Assembly: GCA_002296225.1 (NCBI GenBank)
Contig: DBHR01000116.1
Coordinates: 25,981 to 89,980 of the forward strand
Direction: 5' to 3'
Origin: Acidobacteria bacterium UBA823
GTDB taxonomy: Bacteria; Acidobacteriota; Vicinamibacteria; Vicinamibacterales; UBA823
DNA length: 64,000 nt
Below the pieces are notes generated by a model, which saw only the letters and a list, made by a program, of their open reading frames with translations, did no database searches and was not told the DNA's origin. The stretch's first letter is position 1; each line of letters opens with the position of its first letter. Positions 46,267 to 55,575 of the stretch are shown here, piece after piece. The position numbers and the translations under genes are program-made.

Positions 46267-46887
46267 ATGATCCCTGGCGTGATCTTAGCGGCCGGCACAT
46301 CTTCACGCATGGGTCGCGCCAAGACGCTTCTCCCGACTGGTGTTGATGGTCAAACCTTTCTTTCCCGGCTCGTGGCAACGCTCTGGGCGGGCGGCGTGGA
46401 CGACGTCGTGGTTGTGACCTCGTCACTGTCTGGGGAGGTTGAGTGTGTTCTTGAGGGGATGTCGCTGAGTTCGCGGCTCGTCAAGAATCCTCATCCTGAA
46501 CGCGGTCAGTTGTCGTCGTTAATCTCGGCGCTGACTGCCATCGATCGGCCCGGTGTAACGGGCATGCTGGTCGCTCTCGTTGACATTCCATTGGTGAGCC
46601 CGGGGACGGTCAGGCGCGTCCTTGAGGTGTTTCGCGCTCGAGGTGGGCCGATCGTACGACCCACCTCCGGTGCCAAGCACGGGCATCCCGTCGTGTTCGG
46701 CAGGGCGGTGTTCGACGATTTGCGAAACGCCGATGAAGCGGCCGGAGCAAAGTCGGTCATCCGTGCCAATGAAGCGGTGGTCGTCAACGTTCCCATCGAC
46801 GATCCCGGTGCATTCACCGACATCGACACCCCCGAAGACTACGCGCGGTTCATCGGTCCGTGGCTATTTGGGGAGCCGACCCGTTGA
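46267..46887 (+). CDS. MobA/MocA-like nucleotidyltransferase (molybdenum cofactor nucleotidylyltransferase family)
   Basis: GVILAAGTSSRMG N-terminal motif, VDIPLVS, and C-terminal DIDTPEDY. Confidence 0.8.
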   Translation: MIPGVILAAGTSSRMGRAKTLLPTGVDGQTFLSRLVATLWAGGVDDVVVVTSSLSGEVECVLEGMSLSSRLVKNPHPERGQLSSLISALTAIDRPGVTGMLVALVDIPLVSPGTVRRVLEVFRARGGPIVRPTSGAKHGHPVVFGRAVFDDLRNADEAAGAKSVIRANEAVVVNVPIDDPGAFTDIDTPEDYARFIGPWLFGEPTR

Positions 46888-46937
46888 TTGAGCTTGTCTC
46901 GGTCGGATAAGATGTAGCTCTTCCTCGCGGGAAATCA

Positions 46938-47013
46938 TGGGCCAGTGGCGCAGTTGGGAGCGCGCGTGAATGGCATTCACGAGGTCACGGGTTCGACCCC
47001 CGTCTGGTCCACC
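46938..47013 (+). tRNA. tRNA-Ala (anticodon GGC), 76 nt with encoded CCA
   Basis: Full cloverleaf parses: acceptor GGGCCAG/CTGGTCC with the G3:U70 alanine identity pair, anticodon loop AT-GGC-AT, T-arm ACGGG TTCGACC CCCGT. A T5 run follows. Confidence 0.92.
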
Positions 47014-47114
47014 ACTTTTTCCACGCCGTCGACGATCGACTTCAACAGGCAAGCCCTGGGTTAAGGCTTGTCGCCGCCGGGCCTTCAGTTAGCGGATACC
47101 ATTTCGCAACTGGC

Positions 47115-48191
47115 TTAGTATTCCGCAAACATCCGTCTGATTTCCGAGACATCGTTGGTCTTCGTCAAAGCCAGCATGAGCAGAATACGGGCCTTGAGCG
47201 GTGCTATATCTTGTGCGGCGATCCGATACGCGGCGCTCAGTTGCTGATTCTCCGACATCTCCTGATCCGTCGTCGGTGCTCGGCGCGGCATGACGCGCCC
47301 GCTGCCCGTACGCGTACTGATCACCGTGAAAATGCCTCGTTCGTGTGCGTAAGCCATTGCCAAGCGTTGTGTTCCGCTCGTCGCACCGGCACCGGCCGCG
47401 GCGAGTACAATGCCGTGGCTCCCGGCGTCAACGACGGATTCGATTAAGTCACCGGATGCGCCTTGGTACACCATGATTACGTCGACGCGAGGCAGTTTTG
47501 ACACGCCCGTCAGATCGAATTCGCTCCGGTAGGTATGACGGCGCAAAATATTGCGATAGTAGACGACACCGTCACGGTCAACGGAACCCAAGACGCCGTA
47601 GCTCCGTGTTGCGAACGTATGTAAGCGTAGGGAGTCGGTCTTAGTTGCTTCACGGGCCGAATTAATCTCGTCATTAAGCACGACGAGGGTGCCTTTGCCG
47701 CGTGACTGCGGTGCAGCCGCCACCCGAAACGCCTGCTGCAGATTCGCTGCGCCCTCATAACCGAGCGTGCTCGGATTCCGCATGGCGCCAACTACGACGA
47801 CGGGGCGTTCGCTTCGGACCGTCAAGTGGAGAAAATAGGCCGTTTCCTCAAGTGTATCGGTGCCGCTCGTGACAACAACGCCGGCCAATCCTGAATCCTG
47901 GGCGAAGACCTCATTTAGCCGCCGGGAGAGCTCCAGCCATTGGTCTAGTGTCAGCTGAGAGCTTGCGACATTGGCGAACTGCTCCGCTTCGACGCGCGCG
48001 TATCGTGCTAAATCTGGGATGAGTTCGATAAGTTCATCCGCCGTGAGGCGTCCACCTTCACGATTTGAAATAGTTCCACCGGTGGCGATTAGCCGCACGC
48101 GGGGCGGGTCCGCCTCCTGGGCTACTAGGCGTGCGCAGACCGGCGACGCGGCGATTAACGTCAGGATGCAGGCCAAAGCAAGACGCCCCAT
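47115..48191 (-). CDS. ansB: Periplasmic type II L-asparaginase
   Basis: Signal peptide, IATGGTIS and TSGTDTLEETAYFL motifs. Confidence 0.88.
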   Translation of the reverse strand: MGRLALACILTLIAASPVCARLVAQEADPPRVRLIATGGTISNREGGRLTADELIELIPDLARYARVEAEQFANVASSQLTLDQWLELSRRLNEVFAQDSGLAGVVVTSGTDTLEETAYFLHLTVRSERPVVVVGAMRNPSTLGYEGAANLQQAFRVAAAPQSRGKGTLVVLNDEINSAREATKTDSLRLHTFATRSYGVLGSVDRDGVVYYRNILRRHTYRSEFDLTGVSKLPRVDVIMVYQGASGDLIESVVDAGSHGIVLAAAGAGATSGTQRLAMAYAHERGIFTVISTRTGSGRVMPRRAPTTDQEMSENQQLSAAYRIAAQDIAPLKARILLMLALTKTNDVSEIRRMFAEY

Positions 48192-48244
48192 GGGCTCTCC
48201 TTATTGGGGTCCGGTCAGGCAGGCGAGGCTGTTGGACCGCGCCC

Positions 48245-48487
48245 CTATACTGCCTTCACCGAGCTGCGATGAGCAAGTGCTAACCAGTTGGTTAGCCGTC
48301 GCGCCGCATCATCTGGCGTGCCGCCGTAGAAGGGCATCAGGGCTGACGCACCGCCTGGCACGCAAGCCAGTTGGGCGCGCCACGTGGCCGCATCGACCGC
48401 GGAGACTTCGATCTTGTACTCACGGCCGTTGATGACTTCTTCGAAGATGTGAACGATCACGGCGATGTCAGAACGTCGATGCTTCAA
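48245..48487 (-). CDS. Hypothetical small protein (80 aa from a TTG start; start uncertain)
   Basis: ORF only. It shares a W-x-A ... G-x-T-x-[DE][DE]-A-x2-R-x3-W pattern with the ORF at 54711-54902. Confidence 0.35.
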   Translation of the reverse strand: MKHRRSDIAVIVHIFEEVINGREYKIEVSAVDAATWRAQLACVPGGASALMPFYGGTPDDAARRLTNWLALAHRSSVKAV

Positions 48488-48794
48488 TTAAAGAAATGCG
48501 ATGAAGCGATTTTATTGATTTGCCGATCCTCGTCAAGAGGAAGAAACGTCGAAAGAGTTGCGTCAAGCCGGAACCGAAGTACATTGTCGAACAACACCTG
48601 CCGTCGAGAAAGATAATCAGCAGACCGTTCACAGGACATGCACGTTTCTTCGACAAGTTTTCAACAGCTCTGACGGCGTGAGCGGACAAGCATAAGGTCG
48701 TTGACGCTGCGTGCGACTCAGGACACATACCTGTTGCCGACTGGACCGAGTCGGGAGACCGTCACAAAACTGTGACCTACCGTGTCATCCGGTG

Positions 48795-51700
48795 ATGGCA
48801 TTCTTAGCTTGGATGCAGTTTTCAGGTGAACGCCTAGTGAAGAGCAATCGTTTGCGGCCTAGAGTGGCAACACAGGACGCCGGAATTAGAGCGATCACAC
48901 CTCGCCGCACCCGTCTTCTTAGAGCTCGGGATCTCCAGTCTTTTCAACGCGCCATCGTTGACGCGGTCACGGCCCAAGGCCACGCGAGACCCGACGAGAG
49001 GGTCGTGCTTGTGCCCTCACGAGCCGCTGCGGTGCAGCTCCATCAGACGATGGAGGAACTGATCAATGGCGCCACGCAGTTCCCGGCGCTGCTCACACGC
49101 TTCGAGTGGTATGCGTGGCTGCATCGGCGTCTCCCGGCGCTTCCGCCCGCGCTCTCGGACGTTGAGCGAGAGGTAATGCTGAGTGAAGCAGCACGAGACA
49201 CTGCTGCCGCCGGTGTTTCGCCACCGTTCGTCGTAAGGCCAGGTCTGATTGCTGAGATGCTTGTGTTCTACGATGCACTTCGCCGTCAGCAGCGGACGCT
49301 CGTCGATTTCGAGCGCTTAACGGTCGGTGAACTCCAAGTTAGTGCGCCGTTCGATCACGGTGCGGCAAGGGTGCTGGACCAGACGCGCTTCCTGGTCGAG
49401 GCCTTCGTTCGGTTTGAGGCGCGCGTGGAGGCTGCAAATCGACTGGACGAGCATCGGCTGCGAGCGCGGCTTCTGGTTGATGTCTGCCGACCGCCATTTC
49501 GGCACGTCGTAGTCACCGTAGCCGACCAGATTGTCTCGACCGATGGGCTATGGGTCGCCGACTTCGATCTCCTGACTCGGCTACCGTATCTCGAACAGGT
49601 CGACATTGTGACGACCGAGGGATTGCTCGCATGCGGTTTCCTCGAACGGCTACACGAGTTCTTGCCAGGTATTGAGGAGGAGCGGGTAGACGCTTCGCTG
49701 AGTCGTCGGCCGAGCCTAGAGGTGCCGGTTGACCAGAAGACACCCTATTTCGTCAACCGCGACCGCGAGGAGGAATTGTGGGCGGTCGCGCGGCGCATGA
49801 AGACGGGCCGAGGCGCGGGGGCTTCTCGGGACGCTTTAGCGGACGGTGCTGTCGGGGTGGTATTTCAGCGTCCGCTGCCGTATGTGTACCTCGCCGAGCA
49901 GGTCTTCGGCGGCTCGAAGATCTCATTTGAGACGCTTCACGGACTCCCGCTTGCGGCTGAACCTTACGCGGCGTTCGTCGACTTTGTGCTCGACGCGGTG
50001 ATCTCGGGCTTCGCTAGGAGTGACCTGGTTGCGTTGCTAAGGTCGCCGCACCTGAGCTTCGATGATAGTGATGATAGTGAGGATGAAAATGGGGACGGCG
50101 CACTTCCAGTGCGGGCCGTGAGCGTGTTTAACCGCGTTCTGGAGCAGGTTGGGTACATCGGCGGGCGAGATAGCTTAATGCAAATTGCCGACACCTACAC
50201 CTGGCGTAACCGATCCGATGCCGGTGACTTCCTCCGCTCACTGAATGCGGCCTTGGCAATTATCGGCGCCTTAGCTGCCATCGAGACTGTTTCTACGGTG
50301 TCGGAGCAGTGGCAGATTCTCCTCGCCTTTCTCAAGCGGTATAAAGCTTCGGGTGATGGCCAGGCGGTGGAAAGTCATCGACAGGCCAGAGTCCGGGAGG
50401 CCGTCTGCCGTGCCATCGTCCAGTTGGAACGAGCGGCCGCGGTGTTTCCCAGCCCTCGGGTACCCTCGATCAATCTAAAAGCCAGCTTCCGTCGCCGGAT
50501 CGGAACGGAGGTATTCATTCGCGATTCTCGTCAAGGTGGCGTACGCCTCGTCGATACCGCGGCGGCTAGGTATGGGCGGTTTCGAGAGCTACACGTGGTC
50601 GGCTTGGTTGATGGCGAGTGGCCTTGTTTACCCCCGCGAAATATTTTTTATCCCAAGACGCTGCTTCGTCAGCTGGGCTGGCCGGTCGATGTCGACTGGA
50701 TGCGAATCGCCCGAGCGGAGTTCGCCGACTTACTTCGTCTACCGACTGGGCTCGTCAGGCTGTCGACCTTCCAGTTGGAGCACGATGCGGTCACTGCTCC
50801 GACGACCCTTCTAGAGGACGTTCCCGAGATCGGGTTGGCGTCGAGTCAGGAGCCTAGACGTCGCGTCCAACGGGCCAGTGTTGCCGAAATGTTGTCCGAT
50901 GGCCCGATCGTGCTGTCTGCCGTCACGGGCGAGGTAGCACGCTGGCTGGTCACGCGCCACTCCGCATTTGCTGTACCCAGAGCGCCGGGTATCGTTGGCA
51001 CTCTCGACCCTCGGCCCTATGCCGTGAGCCGTGTGGAGCGATATCTTGATTGTCCGTTCAAGTATTTCTGTGCGTCGGTGCTACGGCTTGGCGAAGAGGA
51101 CAAGATCGAGCCAACGCTCACGCGGCGCGCACAGGGAGTGCTCCTCCATCAAGTTCTGAGGAAATTCTTTGAGGCCTGGCAGGGTTTAGGCCATCGTGGC
51201 TTTGCTCAGGAGGATATCGACACCGCGCTGGGGCTCGCTCGGCAGGTCGTTGATGAGAAATTGGCGGTGTTGCCCCCGCTGGATCGCCAACGCATGCGCA
51301 ATCGTCTGTTGGGTTCGGCTGCTAGTTCAGGACTGATCGAGCAGTTGGTCCGGATCGAGGTTGAGCGATCGGGGGAAGTCGTTGAGTCGCTGGTCGAGCG
51401 GTCACTCGATGGGGAGTTTGAGTTCCGCGATCGAACCAATACCGCGCGCCACGTGAGCTTGCGTGGAGTTGCCGACCGCGTCGACTTGCTCGCTGATGGC
51501 TCGCTTCGCCTCATTGACTACAAGCTCGGCAGAGCGCCGAGGGGCCGGCGAGCGATTCAACTTCCAATTTATGCCACGTGTGCCGCCAAGGCTCTCGCAG
51601 GCCATCAAGGTCGATCGTGGGTGCCTGGTGAAGCGGCTTATATTGCCTTCGGAGCCTCGAGGCCGTCAGTACCGATTTTCGGACCCGACAACGATCCGAC

Positions 51701-51845
51701 GCCGGTGCTGGCCGAGAGCCAGGCACGATTTCTTGATGCTATCGATGGCATTGAGCGAGGTGAGATGCCGCCTCGCCCGGCCGAGGATCGTCTCTGTGCT
51801 TCGTGCGACTTCGCTGCTGTCTGTCGGAAGGGGGCCCTGGCATGA
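48795..51845 (+). CDS. addB: AddB-like helicase-nuclease subunit (PD-(D/E)XK nuclease with an Fe-S cysteine set, degenerate helicase part)
   Basis: C-terminal CPFKYF ... DRVDLLADGSLRLIDYKLG ... CASCDFAAVC. No Walker A seen in the N-terminal half. The start is uncertain (48795-48864). Confidence 0.8.
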   Translation: MAFLAWMQFSGERLVKSNRLRPRVATQDAGIRAITPRRTRLLRARDLQSFQRAIVDAVTAQGHARPDERVVLVPSRAAAVQLHQTMEELINGATQFPALLTRFEWYAWLHRRLPALPPALSDVEREVMLSEAARDTAAAGVSPPFVVRPGLIAEMLVFYDALRRQQRTLVDFERLTVGELQVSAPFDHGAARVLDQTRFLVEAFVRFEARVEAANRLDEHRLRARLLVDVCRPPFRHVVVTVADQIVSTDGLWVADFDLLTRLPYLEQVDIVTTEGLLACGFLERLHEFLPGIEEERVDASLSRRPSLEVPVDQKTPYFVNRDREEELWAVARRMKTGRGAGASRDALADGAVGVVFQRPLPYVYLAEQVFGGSKISFETLHGLPLAAEPYAAFVDFVLDAVISGFARSDLVALLRSPHLSFDDSDDSEDENGDGALPVRAVSVFNRVLEQVGYIGGRDSLMQIADTYTWRNRSDAGDFLRSLNAALAIIGALAAIETVSTVSEQWQILLAFLKRYKASGDGQAVESHRQARVREAVCRAIVQLERAAAVFPSPRVPSINLKASFRRRIGTEVFIRDSRQGGVRLVDTAAARYGRFRELHVVGLVDGEWPCLPPRNIFYPKTLLRQLGWPVDVDWMRIARAEFADLLRLPTGLVRLSTFQLEHDAVTAPTTLLEDVPEIGLASSQEPRRRVQRASVAEMLSDGPIVLSAVTGEVARWLVTRHSAFAVPRAPGIVGTLDPRPYAVSRVERYLDCPFKYFCASVLRLGEEDKIEPTLTRRAQGVLLHQVLRKFFEAWQGLGHRGFAQEDIDTALGLARQVVDEKLAVLPPLDRQRMRNRLLGSAASSGLIEQLVRIEVERSGEVVESLVERSLDGEFEFRDRTNTARHVSLRGVADRVDLLADGSLRLIDYKLGRAPRGRRAIQLPIYATCAAKALAGHQGRSWVPGEAAYIAFGASRPSVPIFGPDNDPTPVLAESQARFLDAIDGIERGEMPPRPAEDRLCASCDFAAVCRKGALA

Positions 51846-54667
51846 CGTCCAAGCCACGCGACCTGCAGCGAGCGGTTTCATCTGGCGGCGAGTCGCCGGA
51901 TGCGAGGCGGCTGGCGGTAGATCCGACCCACAACCTCGTGCTCGAAGCGTCGGCAGGTACCGGAAAAACGACGGTGCTGGTTGAACGCTATCTCAACCTG
52001 CTCCGCGCTGGTGTAGACCCGTCCAACGTGTTGGCCATTACGTTCACCCGGAAGGCCGCGGTGGAGATGCGCGCGCGGATCTTCGATGAACTCCGCGATG
52101 CAGCAAAGCGGTCGGAGGAGGCGTTCCGCCATTGGCGTAGGTTGCGTGATCGACCAGGTGACGTTGCTATCACGACGATCGATGCGTTTTGTCTGTCGTT
52201 ATTGCGTGAGTTTCCACTCGAAGCCGACCTTGATCCAGGCTTTGGGGTGGCGGACGAGACTGAAGTTCCCCGTCTGATGGCTCAGGCATTGGACCGGGTT
52301 CAGCGTGTCATCGGTGGCCTTGCCCTGCGCGATGAGGGTGTGTCGTTGCTGCTCACGCTGTTGGACACTACGGATCTTCGCCGAGGGCTAGAGCGGCTAT
52401 TGCGACATCGCCTCGTTGCCTCTGGGGCGCTGCGACGATTTCTGTCGAAGGGACCTCGAAGCTTGACGTTGGCACAGGCCACGGGGCGTGTCTTGAAACG
52501 GTTGCGCGATCTCTTCCAGGGTGAGTCTAACGAGTTCGACGACTTCCTCGCGAGTGGTCCTACTGGCCATCCACGGTTCAAGATGCTGGCAGCGGATCTC
52601 CGGCGGCTGCCGTTCCTTGATGAGACGGAACAGTCGGCTGTACGCAGCCTCCTCGACCGTCTCGCCGAGCATTTGCTGACACGCGGCGGCAGGCCTCGCC
52701 GCCGGGTCCCTTACACCTCTTCGGAGTATCCATCCGTCGCAGCCCGCGGACGCCATCTGAGGGCCATTCGGCATTTTGGTTCCGCCTTTGCTGATGTTAC
52801 GGCCGGGTATCGGCGCGACGTGGGTGTGATTATCGCGCGCGGCGTTAGGCGTATATACCGGGTTGCCGAGCGGGAATACCGCCGTACACTGCGGGCACAC
52901 GCGGTGCTGGATTTCACCGATATTCAGGTACGCGCGCTTCATTTACTTCGGCAGATGGACGAGTTTTCCCAGAGCCGCTATCGCCTCGAGTCGAGATATC
53001 ACCATATTCTCGTAGACGAGTTCCAGGACACCAGCCGCACACAGTGGGAGCTGGTGTCGTTGCTTGTCCAGTCGTGGGGAGAGGGCCTTGGTATTGTGCA
53101 AGATGCGCCCCTACCGCCGTCGATATTTGTGGTGGGGGACCGGAAGCAGTCGATCTACCGATTTCGTGATGCCGACGTTTCGCTCTTCCAAGAAGCTGGA
53201 AACTACATTGCGCAGCTGAGGCCTGCCATACCGGTTCGTGCGGCGATCAGCCGGAGTTTCCGAGCTCTTCCGGAGCTGCTGCGCTTCGTCAATGATCTCT
53301 GCGGGTTGATCGACAAGCGGCCCGAGCGATCCGATGCGTTTCGATATGAGATGCAAGACCGCTTTCCCCTTGCCGCCGGCAGCGCCGATCCAGATGGCGA
53401 TGACGCAGTTGTGAGCGAAGATTCCATACGGCTCGGACTGGCACTAGGTGAAACAGAAGCCTCCTGTGCGGGGGCAATTGCGGCCGAGATCGATCGGCTG
53501 ATGACCGATGCGACCGTGCGAGACCCTCGCACCGGAGCGCGGCGAGCCATTCGGCCTGACGATATTGCGATCTTATTCCGTTCACGGATCAGTCACCGCG
53601 AATACGAGCGAGCGCTGTCGGCGCGTGGTCTCCTGGTCTACGTCGACAAAGGCCTCGGGTTTTTCGACGCGGAGGAAATTCAAGATCTCCGGGCACTCAT
53701 AAGGTTTTTGGCTGACCCTTCATCGGATCTCTGGGCGGCTGCGTTCTTGCGATCGGGTATTGCGGGGCTATCCGACGAAGCAGTGCGGGCGATGGCACCC
53801 AACTTAGCGAGTGTGCTTACCAGCATCAACGAACCCGTTAACGCTGATCTAATTTCGACAGAAGAACGCGAGCGTTTCGAGTTAGTTCGTATCGGGATAT
53901 CCCGATGGCTCAAACTCGTCGATTGGATTCCACCAGCCGAACTCATTGACCGCGTGCTCAATGAGTCTGCCTACCTATTTGAAACGCGCGGTGCTAGGGC
54001 AAGCCAGGCTAGGGAAAACGTCAAGAAGATGCGCGGACTGCTCCGGCGGATCCAAAACCGCGGATACGTTACGCTGTCGCGAATTGCTGATCACATTGAC
54101 CAACTCTCAGTTGGCGGCGAATCCAACGCGGTCATTGACGCTGCGGGTGCGGTACACCTGATGACGATTCATGCCGCGAAGGGTCTCGAGTTCCCAATCG
54201 TTTTTGTCGTTGGGCTATCCCGTGGAGTGGGCGGCACGCCACCCCCCATCCAGGTCATACCCGATCGTGGAGATGGAATGCCGCTCGTCACCATCTGGGG
54301 CGCTCGCCTAGAAGTTGAAAACGATGAGCGGGCGCGTGACGTAGAGGAGACCAAACGTCTCCTCTACGTCGCGATCACAAGAGCGCGCGACGCACTGTAT
54401 CTCGGTTTTGTGCGGCGGGATGGCCGGGTGTTACCTGGTCGCAACAGTCTAGCGAAAATCCTGCCTAAATCGCTTATCGGGCGCGTCGAGGCGATTTCTG
54501 GAACGCCTCGTTGGGTCGATTGGTCACCAGACGGACGGACGGGGGCACCGCATCGCTTCCGGATCTGCGAGCGCGTTGAGTCGTTACGGTCGGTTCCGGT
54601 TGGTCGTGTGACCCCGCCGATCGGGCCGCCAACGCCTGACGACGATTTCTCGCCGTGGCCTAACTAA
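51842..54667 (+). CDS. addA: UvrD/Rep-type helicase (AddA-like) without a C-terminal nuclease domain
   Basis: EASAGTGKTTVL Walker A, ILVDEFQDTS, VGDRKQSIYRFR, and LLYVAITRARDALY (motif VI) about 100 aa from the end. ATGA overlap with addB. Confidence 0.82.
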   Translation: MTSKPRDLQRAVSSGGESPDARRLAVDPTHNLVLEASAGTGKTTVLVERYLNLLRAGVDPSNVLAITFTRKAAVEMRARIFDELRDAAKRSEEAFRHWRRLRDRPGDVAITTIDAFCLSLLREFPLEADLDPGFGVADETEVPRLMAQALDRVQRVIGGLALRDEGVSLLLTLLDTTDLRRGLERLLRHRLVASGALRRFLSKGPRSLTLAQATGRVLKRLRDLFQGESNEFDDFLASGPTGHPRFKMLAADLRRLPFLDETEQSAVRSLLDRLAEHLLTRGGRPRRRVPYTSSEYPSVAARGRHLRAIRHFGSAFADVTAGYRRDVGVIIARGVRRIYRVAEREYRRTLRAHAVLDFTDIQVRALHLLRQMDEFSQSRYRLESRYHHILVDEFQDTSRTQWELVSLLVQSWGEGLGIVQDAPLPPSIFVVGDRKQSIYRFRDADVSLFQEAGNYIAQLRPAIPVRAAISRSFRALPELLRFVNDLCGLIDKRPERSDAFRYEMQDRFPLAAGSADPDGDDAVVSEDSIRLGLALGETEASCAGAIAAEIDRLMTDATVRDPRTGARRAIRPDDIAILFRSRISHREYERALSARGLLVYVDKGLGFFDAEEIQDLRALIRFLADPSSDLWAAAFLRSGIAGLSDEAVRAMAPNLASVLTSINEPVNADLISTEERERFELVRIGISRWLKLVDWIPPAELIDRVLNESAYLFETRGARASQARENVKKMRGLLRRIQNRGYVTLSRIADHIDQLSVGGESNAVIDAAGAVHLMTIHAAKGLEFPIVFVVGLSRGVGGTPPPIQVIPDRGDGMPLVTIWGARLEVENDERARDVEETKRLLYVAITRARDALYLGFVRRDGRVLPGRNSLAKILPKSLIGRVEAISGTPRWVDWSPDGRTGAPHRFRICERVESLRSVPVGRVTPPIGPPTPDDDFSPWPN

Positions 54668-54710
54668 CCCCTTATGGCCGTTATTGCGGACGCTTCATTG
54701 GTATGTCTGA

Positions 54711-54902
54711 TCAACGGGCGCGGGAGCGCAGACGTTGTTCCGCCCACTGGCGCGCCCGCGCCTCGGCCTCTTCCTGTGTTTGGCCGACCAACACCACTGA
54801 ATCTTCTGGCGCATCCTGACCGTGAAGGACCACCCAGGCGATCCAGTGTGCGCCCTTCACTTCGCTGCGCACGTCGAAATCCTCGGACATTGAATCGGGC
54901 AT
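54711..54902 (-). CDS. Hypothetical small protein (63 aa from the ATG at 54902)
   Basis: GAGGGGA lies upstream of the ATG at 54902. GQTQEEAEARARQW resembles the G-x-T-x-EEA segment of UPF0150/HicB-like folds (by eye only). Confidence 0.45.
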   Translation of the reverse strand: MPDSMSEDFDVRSEVKGAHWIAWVVLHGQDAPEDSVVLVGQTQEEAEARARQWAEQRLRSRAR

Positions 54903-55062
54903 AGGCGTCGCTTCCCCTCGGGTGGCTTTCAAGTCTAACCGATCACGGTTCATGGTCCCATTCAGGACGCGGGCGGAAAAGATTGCCGTTGCGTCTCAAT
55001 AAGGCATTCCCTAGACTTGAAAGGGTTTAGGGATTGTGATGTTGTGTGCTAAGGAGATGTGA

Positions 55063-55284
55063 ATGACGTTGAGTTGTTCCAATTGTGGGAATGAGAAGAG
55101 CTTTTTGGTGAAAACCTTTCGTATGCACGTGGTGCATCTTGAGGATTCGCGCCTCGAGGTATCAGAAGAGAGTCAGCCGGCTGTGCTTGAGGTGCTCTGC
55201 GACGAATGCGAAACCGAACTGAACATGGCCGATTTTGAAGAACCGCTTCGACGCGAGGTGCTGTTGACCGTTGGCTCTCGGTAG
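55063..55284 (+). CDS. Hypothetical small zinc-ribbon protein
   Basis: CSNC...CDEC pairs. AAGGAG lies 7 nt upstream of the ATG. Confidence 0.55.
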   Translation: MTLSCSNCGNEKSFLVKTFRMHVVHLEDSRLEVSEESQPAVLEVLCDECETELNMADFEEPLRREVLLTVGSR

Positions 55285-55538
55285 CCGAAATTTTGACGGC
55301 TGGAACACCGCTCACCGAGTCTTAGCCTTCTGCTGTGTTGTTCATTTCTAAAAAATAGTCGAACTGGGGGCGGGTCTGCTCACGTGATCGTTGTTGAAAA
55401 ATTCGTTCCGTGCTGGAAGTGTGGTTGATTTGTTTGCGTTCGATGAGTTGCAGTATTTTTATGCATTGCACATTGGCTGGACGCGGTGGCCTCGTTCTTG
55501 GCATGGTCAATTCATGACCCTGTCGTCGTGTCGTTGCC

Positions 55539-55567
55539 TTGACAAGGACGAAGGGCACTTCTATCGT
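55539..55567 (+). promoter_or_regulatory. Sigma70-like promoter placed to give a leaderless or near-leaderless transcript of the DnaJ-CTD-like gene
   Basis: TTGACA (55539-55544), 17-nt spacer, TATCGT (55562-55567). The ATG at 55576 lies 8 nt downstream. Confidence 0.45.
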
Positions 55568-55575
55568 TAGCACAC

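Noticed and set aside
46938-48487. tRNA-Ala as a possible integration site for a genomic island
   Set aside because: There is no integrase, no phage or IS gene, and no direct repeat of the tRNA 3' end that I could find downstream. The adjacent genes (asparaginase, addBA) have the same composition as the rest of the window.
48531-48608. Five CGTC(A/G)A / TGTCGA hexamers that looked like iterons upstream of addB
   Set aside because: The spacing is irregular (14-24 nt). The hexamer is a common word in GC-rich DNA, and no extended shared flanks are present.
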